From the NCBI GenBank assembly GCA_963752285.1, contig CAVVXN010000005.1:352001-416000 (forward strand): a stretch of 64,000 nucleotides of DNA. The letters are read 5' to 3'. Source of the DNA: an uncultured Planctomycetota bacterium. Its GTDB lineage: Bacteria > Planctomycetota > PLA2 > JAEUHO01. The position numbers were made by a program, and so were the translations under genes. Below are positions 58,532 to 64,000 of the stretch, piece by piece; the first letter of the stretch is position 1, and each line of letters opens with the position of its first letter. The notes beneath the pieces were generated by a model. That model was not told the DNA's origin and ran no database searches. It saw only the letters and a program-made list of their open reading frames with translations.

Positions 58532-60757
58532 ATGACCCGGTCCCGACTCCTCGCGCTGGCGCCGGTCCTTCCGCCCGCCGTGGCCCTCGCGCTCGTGCTC
58601 GTGGCCTGCGGCGGGGGCGGCGGAGGCCCCGCCGCGATCACCGGGGCGCCCTTCGGCCTCTCCTCCCGGCCCGTCCTCACGGGTCTTCACTTCGCGGACG
58701 GCCTTCCCGACCCGCACCCGCTCGACCGCGAGCAGGCCTTCCCCCTCTTGTCGTTCACGCGTCCCGTGTTCCTCGGCGCCGCGCCCGACGGCTCGCCCTG
58801 GGTCTACGTGATCGAGCAGGATGGACGTATCCGTGTCTTCGACGACGGTGACGACGTCACGAGCGCCGCGGTGTTCCTCGACCTGAGATCGAAGGTGGAC
58901 CGCGGTGGGAACGAGCAGGGGATGCTCGGACTCGCGTTCGACCCGTCGTTCGGTCCGGGAGGAAGCAGCTCGTTCTGGGTGTACTACTCCGCCCCGAACC
59001 CGCAGCGACAGGTCCTCTCGCGGTTCACCGCGACGTTCCCGCCGTCGGGCCCGCCGGTGGGGGACGCCACGAGCGAGCACGTCGTCCTCCAGGTCGCCGA
59101 GCCGTACACGAACCACAACGGCGGCACGATCGTCTTCGGCCCCGACGACATGCTCTACCTCGGGCTCGGCGACGGCGGCAGCGCGAACGACCCCCAGGAC
59201 CACGCACAGGACCTCTCGAGCCCCCTCGGCAAGATCCTCCGGCTCGACGTGCGCGGGCGCACGACGTACGCCGTCCCCTCCGACAACCCGTTCGTCGCGA
59301 CCCCCGGCGCTCTCGGCGAGATCTGGGCTCGTGGCGTGCGGAACCCGTGGCGCTTCTCGTTCGACCCCGACGACGGGACGCTGTGGATGGGCGACGTGGG
59401 GCAGGACGCCCGCGAGGAGATCGGCGTCGTTCGACGCGGAGAGAACCATGGCTGGCCGGTGTACGAGGGCACACGGTCGAACAAGAACCCGGCGGGCCTC
59501 CCCGCCTCGGTGTTCACGGCGCCGGTCCTCGACTATCCCCACGCGACCGGGACGTGTGTGATCGGCGGTCTCGTCGTCCGGGGCGGCACGGTGCCCTCGC
59601 TCGACGGCGCGTACGTGTACGCCGACTACGGTTCGGGGCGCGTCTGGGCGCTCGTGACCGGCGGGGCCGGCGTGGTCTCGAACCGCGAGGTCCAAAACGT
59701 CTCTCAGGTCGTGGACCTGGGCCGCGACGCGGCCGGCTCGCTCTACGCCGTCTCGCTCGATGGCCGGATCTGGCGCCTGTTGGAGCCGTCGGGCGCGCCG
59801 CCGCCCGCGACGACGGTGCCCGCGAAGCTCTCCGAGACCGGGCTCTTCACCGACACGGCGGCCCTCGTCCCGAACGCCGGGCTCGTCGAGTACGGCGTGA
59901 ACGCGCCGTTCTGGAGCGACGGCGCCCTGAAGCGGCGGTGGATCGGCCTGCCCGGCACCACGAGGATCGGCTTCGACCCGGAGGCGCCCTGGACCTTCCC
60001 CGTCGGCACCGTGCTCGTGAAGCACTTCGAGCTCCCCCTCGTCGAGGGGAGCGCCACGCCGACGCGACGACTCGAGACGCGCGTGCTGATCGAGGAGACG
60101 AGCGGATGGCACGGCTACGTGTACCGCTGGAACGACCAGCAGACCGACGCCGACCTCCTGGCCGGCGGAGAGACGGCGTCGTTCGACGTCCAGGACGCAT
60201 CCGCACCCGGTGGCGTCCGCATCGTCGCGTGGGACTTCCCCTCCCGGACCGACTGCTTCCGCTGCCACACCGACGCGGCGGGCGTGGTGCTCGGGCTCCA
60301 CACGCGCGAGCTGAACCGTCGCTTCGCCCTGCGCGACGCAGACGACAACCAGCTCCGGGCGTGGAACCACGTCGGCCTCTTCGACCGGGACGTGGGGGAT
60401 CCCGCGACCTACGGCGCGTTCCCCGACCCCGTGGACGACCAGGCGCCACTCGTGGACCGCGCGCGCGCATACCTGCACGTGAACTGTGCGCCGTGTCACC
60501 GTCCCGGCGGTCCCGCGCCGGGCGACCTCGACCTGCGCGCCGAGGTGGACGAGTCGGCCATGGGCGTGGTGGACGTCCCTCCGACGGAGGGCGACCTGGG
60601 GATTCCCGACGCCCGGCGCGTGGCGCGCGGCGACCGGAGTCGCAGTGTCCTCTTCGTGCGCATGACCCGCACGGACGACACCCGCATGCCGCCCCTCTCC
60701 AGCCACCGTGTGGACGAACGGGGATCCGCGACGGTGGGAGACTGGATCGAGCGGTAG
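58532..60757 (+). CDS. Lipoprotein: PQQ-dependent sugar dehydrogenase-like propeller fused to diheme c-type cytochrome
   Basis: LVAC lipobox; NHNGG, GDGG, GVRNPWR, GDVGQ; LSETGLF, FWSDGA.KRRW; CFRCH, CAPCH; RMPP. Confidence 0.88.
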   Translation: MTRSRLLALAPVLPPAVALALVLVACGGGGGGPAAITGAPFGLSSRPVLTGLHFADGLPDPHPLDREQAFPLLSFTRPVFLGAAPDGSPWVYVIEQDGRIRVFDDGDDVTSAAVFLDLRSKVDRGGNEQGMLGLAFDPSFGPGGSSSFWVYYSAPNPQRQVLSRFTATFPPSGPPVGDATSEHVVLQVAEPYTNHNGGTIVFGPDDMLYLGLGDGGSANDPQDHAQDLSSPLGKILRLDVRGRTTYAVPSDNPFVATPGALGEIWARGVRNPWRFSFDPDDGTLWMGDVGQDAREEIGVVRRGENHGWPVYEGTRSNKNPAGLPASVFTAPVLDYPHATGTCVIGGLVVRGGTVPSLDGAYVYADYGSGRVWALVTGGAGVVSNREVQNVSQVVDLGRDAAGSLYAVSLDGRIWRLLEPSGAPPPATTVPAKLSETGLFTDTAALVPNAGLVEYGVNAPFWSDGALKRRWIGLPGTTRIGFDPEAPWTFPVGTVLVKHFELPLVEGSATPTRRLETRVLIEETSGWHGYVYRWNDQQTDADLLAGGETASFDVQDASAPGGVRIVAWDFPSRTDCFRCHTDAAGVVLGLHTRELNRRFALRDADDNQLRAWNHVGLFDRDVGDPATYGAFPDPVDDQAPLVDRARAYLHVNCAPCHRPGGPAPGDLDLRAEVDESAMGVVDVPPTEGDLGIPDARRVARGDRSRSVLFVRMTRTDDTRMPPLSSHRVDERGSATVGDWIER

Positions 60758-60842
60758 ACGATCCCAACGGAACGTGAACCCTCGGACCCCGGCCCGGCCC
60801 GGAGCGTGTCGGGACGGATAGACTTCGCACGGGGTTCGTCCG

Positions 60843-61817
60843 ATGGAGCACGCCGGGATCCGCTACGACCGACCGCCCCCGCTCCCTCCGCGCGAGGCGG
60901 GCGGCGGCGGCTCCGCGCTCGTGGCACTCCTGCTGGCCGGGGTCCTGCTCCTCGTGCCCCTCCCCGAGATGGGGCGGGTCGCCGGCGCGCTCCAGAACCT
61001 CGCGCACGTCCCGCTCGGCGCCGCCCTCGCGTGGGCGATCCGACCGTCGCTCGCGCGCGCTCTCGGCGCCCGGGGCCTCGTCGGCGCGCTCCTCGCTCTC
61101 CTCCTCACCTCGGCGGCCCTCCTCCTCTTCGAGGTCGTGCAGCCGTTGACCGGTCGCACGTTCGCGTGGACGGACTGGGAAACGGGCTCCCTCGGCGCGG
61201 CGGGCGCGATGGCCTTCGGGCGCGGCCAGGCGCTCGGTCGCGGGGCCGGGCTCCTCGGCGGCGCGCTCGGCCTCGCGCTCCTCGCCGTCGGCGCCCACGA
61301 CCCCGCGCTCGAGCTCGTGGACGCCTGGCGTCAGGCCCGCGACCTCCCGCTCCTCGCGACGTTCGAGAGCAGCCTCGAGATCCGCAGGTTCGGCTTCCAG
61401 GGCGCGCGAGGAGAGATCGTCGCGAACGGCGCCGCGGGCGACACGCACGCGTTGCGCGTGGACTTCGCACCGGGGCCGTGGCCGTCCGTGACGCTCGCGT
61501 CGCCGCCGCCGGACTGGCGCGGCTGGAGCGCGCTCGCCTTCGACGTGCACGTGGACGGAGGCGGGACGCTCGCCCTCACCGTCAAGGTGGTGGACCGCGA
61601 CCACGACGGGACGTACGAGGACCGCTTCCAGAAGACGATCACCTTGACGGCCGGCGACCACCACGTGGAGATCCCCGTCGGCGAGATCGCGGAGGGTCCC
61701 GTGCACCGGCACCTCGACCTGGCGCGGATCGACGCCGTGCAGTGGTTCGTGGAAGGCCTCGCGCAGCCGCGGACGATCCTGCTCGACTCGATCCGCCTCG
61801 TCCACGCCCCCAAGTGA
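60843..61817 (+). CDS. Membrane protein (VanZ-like N-terminus) with C-terminal carbohydrate-binding-like jelly-roll domain
   Basis: NLAHVPL, EVVQPLTGR...D; DWRGWSALAFDV, ILLDSIRL. Confidence 0.7.
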   Translation: MEHAGIRYDRPPPLPPREAGGGGSALVALLLAGVLLLVPLPEMGRVAGALQNLAHVPLGAALAWAIRPSLARALGARGLVGALLALLLTSAALLLFEVVQPLTGRTFAWTDWETGSLGAAGAMAFGRGQALGRGAGLLGGALGLALLAVGAHDPALELVDAWRQARDLPLLATFESSLEIRRFGFQGARGEIVANGAAGDTHALRVDFAPGPWPSVTLASPPPDWRGWSALAFDVHVDGGGTLALTVKVVDRDHDGTYEDRFQKTITLTAGDHHVEIPVGEIAEGPVHRHLDLARIDAVQWFVEGLAQPRTILLDSIRLVHAPK

Positions 61818-61902
61818 GAGCCGCCTTCCCGGCGCGCCGCGTCCGCGGGGGCTCGCGTCGGCCGTTCGGCTATGCTCTGGCCGCGGTGGCAGGAGGTGAA
61901 CG

Positions 61903-62463
61903 ATGGTCGAGCTCGGCGATCTCTGGGTGCCGATCGTGGTCTCCGGCGTGCTCGTCTTCGTCGTGAGCAGCCTGCTCCACATGCTGATCCCGCTGCACAA
62001 GGGCGACTACGACCGGCTGCCCGACGAGGACCGCGTACTCGCGTCCCTGCGCGATCACGGCGTCGGGCCCGGACAGTACATGTTCCCGCGGCCTTCCTCG
62101 ATGGCGGACCTCAAGACGCCGGAGATGGCCGAGAAGTGGCGCGTCGGCCCGGTGGGAACGCTGATCGTCCGACCCCGTGGCGGCCCGGCGATGGGCCGCG
62201 CGCTCGCGGCGTGGTTCCTGTACACGCTCTGCGTCGGGTTCCTGGTCGCGTACCTCGCCACGATCTCGGTCCCGAGGACGGTCGAGACCTCGTTCGTCTA
62301 CCGCTTCGTCGGGACGGCGGCATTCCTCGGGTACGCGGTCGGGCCGGTGGTGGACTCGATCTGGAAGGGCGTGCGCTGGGGCACGTCGGCGAAGTTCGTG
62401 TTCGACGGCGCCGTCTACGCGGTCGTCACGGCGTTCGCGTTCGGCTGGCTCTGGCCGACCTAG
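61903..62463 (+). CDS. Uncharacterised membrane protein
   Basis: GGAGG RBS; SSLLHMLIPLHKGD, PGQYMFP, SIWKG; about four TMs. Confidence 0.82.
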   Translation: MVELGDLWVPIVVSGVLVFVVSSLLHMLIPLHKGDYDRLPDEDRVLASLRDHGVGPGQYMFPRPSSMADLKTPEMAEKWRVGPVGTLIVRPRGGPAMGRALAAWFLYTLCVGFLVAYLATISVPRTVETSFVYRFVGTAAFLGYAVGPVVDSIWKGVRWGTSAKFVFDGAVYAVVTAFAFGWLWPT

Positions 62464-62469
62464 CGTGCA

Positions 62470-62646
62470 CAACCCACGAACCTTCGTGAATCACGCGGCC
62501 CTGCGCACGCCAGAACCCCGATGGCGGCGTTGTTCGTCGTCGGCGACCCCCAAGTCACAAACATGGACGGGGGGGGTCGCCTCCTCCTCACGCCTTGCCC
62601 TCGGGGCCCTGGCGCACGCAGGAGACCCTGTCGGCGAAGGCGTGAT
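62470..62646 (-). repeat. Palindromic dispersed repeat Y, copy 2 (longer), between convergent genes
   Basis: Nested inverted arms CCTTCG/CGAAGG, CCTGCG/CGCAGG, CGCCAG/CTGGCG, CCCCGA/TCGGGG, GGCGT/ACGCC, GGCGACCCCC/GGGGGTCGCC; homologous to 8040-8170. Confidence 0.85.
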
Positions 62647-62736
62647 CGCCCAGCGGTCGCAACTCGAGCCTCCACCGACGCTTCCGTCGAACACGTCGCG
62701 TGCTTCATGGGTCATGCGGACCCGGGCCCCGGGCGC

Positions 62737-63882
62737 TCAGGCGCGCCGCGCGCGGTCCACCGCGAAGAGCTCCATCACGTTCTCCCACGTCAGGAGCCCG
62801 ACGGTCCGTCCGTCCTCCACCACGGGGACGGCGCGGCTCCCGCGGTCGCCCGCCATGCGCTGTACCCACGGTTCGAGCTCGTCGGCGGGGTGCGCCACGC
62901 GCTCCACGGGGACGGCGGCGTCCCGGGCCGGCGCGAGCCGGCCTCGCTCGGCGAGCGCCTGGATCAGCGCCTCCTGCGTGAGCAGTCCGACGTGCGTCCC
63001 GTCCGTCGCGACGGGGAACACCTTCTGCTCCCCCCGCAGGAGGTGCTCCACCGCGTCGCCGACCGTCGCGTCCGTCCCGAGGATGACGAACTCCGTGACC
63101 ATCGCGTCGGCCACGTGATGGCCGCGCGCGAGGTCCCGCAGGGTCTGGAGCGAGGCCTCGCCCTGGGCGCCCAGGAAGAGGAACACCGCGATCAGCACGA
63201 GGATCAAGTTTCCGCCGAACACGCCGAACGCTCCGAGCACGATCGCGAACATCTGGCCGATCCGGGCTGCGATCTCGGTCGCCCGGCTCCGGCCGAGCCG
63301 GAGGGCCAGCCCGGCCCGGAGCGCGCGACCCCCGTCCATCGGGAAGGCGGGCAGGAGGTTGAACGCCGCGAGAACGAGGTTCGCGACCGCGAGCCACTCG
63401 AGGAAGCCCCCGCGGCCGCTCGCCACGGCGGTCCAGTCGATGCTCCGACCCGCCGCCACGAGCGCGAGCCAGATGCCGCCGCCGATCAGGAGGCTCACCA
63501 CCGGTCCGGCGAGCGCGATCCAGAGCTCCTGGCTCGCCTCGCCCATCGAACGGAGCCGGCTGATGCCGCCGATGGGGTAGAGCGTGATGCTCTGCGTCGG
63601 GATCCCAAATCTGCGGGCGACGAGGACGTGCCCCAGCTCGTGCAGGACGACGCAGAAGAAGACGCTCGAGACGAGCCCGACCTGCATCCCCGGGCTGTGG
63701 CCGGTCGAGCTGGCGGCCCACCACACCCACAGGAGGAACAGCCAGAACGTCGCGTGGATCCGGATCGGCACGCCGCCGACGCGCGCGACCTCGAACGACC
63801 AGGCGTGCCGGGGCCGCGCCGCCGGACCGCCCGGGGCTCGGACGTCGGGTCCGTCGCCGTTCGCAGGACCGTCGGGAGTCAT
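62737..63882 (-). CDS. Site-2 protease (M50) with tandem CBS domains
   Basis: LHELGH, IALAGP, FNLLPAFPMDGGR; C-terminal CBS pair. Confidence 0.93.
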   Translation of the reverse strand: MTPDGPANGDGPDVRAPGGPAARPRHAWSFEVARVGGVPIRIHATFWLFLLWVWWAASSTGHSPGMQVGLVSSVFFCVVLHELGHVLVARRFGIPTQSITLYPIGGISRLRSMGEASQELWIALAGPVVSLLIGGGIWLALVAAGRSIDWTAVASGRGGFLEWLAVANLVLAAFNLLPAFPMDGGRALRAGLALRLGRSRATEIAARIGQMFAIVLGAFGVFGGNLILVLIAVFLFLGAQGEASLQTLRDLARGHHVADAMVTEFVILGTDATVGDAVEHLLRGEQKVFPVATDGTHVGLLTQEALIQALAERGRLAPARDAAVPVERVAHPADELEPWVQRMAGDRGSRAVPVVEDGRTVGLLTWENVMELFAVDRARRA

Positions 63883-63948
63883 GGCCGCATCGTCCGCACT
63901 CCGCACTCCGCGTGCCGGCGGGAGGGGCGGGTGGCCCCCGCGCCGTTC

Positions 63949-64000
63949 TCAGCCCTGCGGGGAGCCCGCCCCGAGCCGCTTCTCGATCTCCTTCACCCGT
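63949..64000 (-). CDS. 3' end of a CDS running off the window
   Basis: Minus-strand frame RVKEIEKRLGAGSPQG* with GC3-biased codons. Confidence 0.45.
   Translation of the reverse strand, partial: RVKEIEKRLGAGSPQG

Overview
Very GC-rich bacterial chromosome segment, probably Planctomycetota. This is inferred from the [31 protein letters not shown] prepilin-like leaders, an ECF sigma factor beside DWG-type Ser/Thr kinase-TPR proteins, secreted HEAT/vWA proteins and a PQQ-propeller/diheme cytochrome fusion. About 50 CDSs are supported; I found no rRNA, tRNA, CRISPR array, integrase or transposase. The first ~9 kb is accessory-like (hypothetical and secreted beta-sandwich proteins). It contains two direct copies of a structured ~68-nt repeat, part of a long palindromic element that recurs at 62.5 kb, a double-hairpin intergenic element, and a gene split by one in-frame TGA followed by a SECIS-like hairpin. 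The rest encodes signalling, envelope, metabolic and housekeeping functions. Signalling: an ECF with tandem kinases and a hybrid PAS kinase. Envelope: two atypical pilin-like paralogs with a shared promoter motif, AmgK-RapZ/MurU-type recycling, lipid enzymes, alpha-2-macroglobulin/PBP1C and a site-2 protease. Metabolism and other: mlaF-like/purN/M23, a vWA-HEAT-kinase-dCMP deaminase operon, 2-oxoacid:ferredoxin oxidoreductase, a two-subunit CoA-transferase, a NifS-like enzyme, an S9 peptidase and an MFS transporter. Several genes appear to be leaderless. All calls come from reading motifs by eye, and start sites were often moved from the ORF track.
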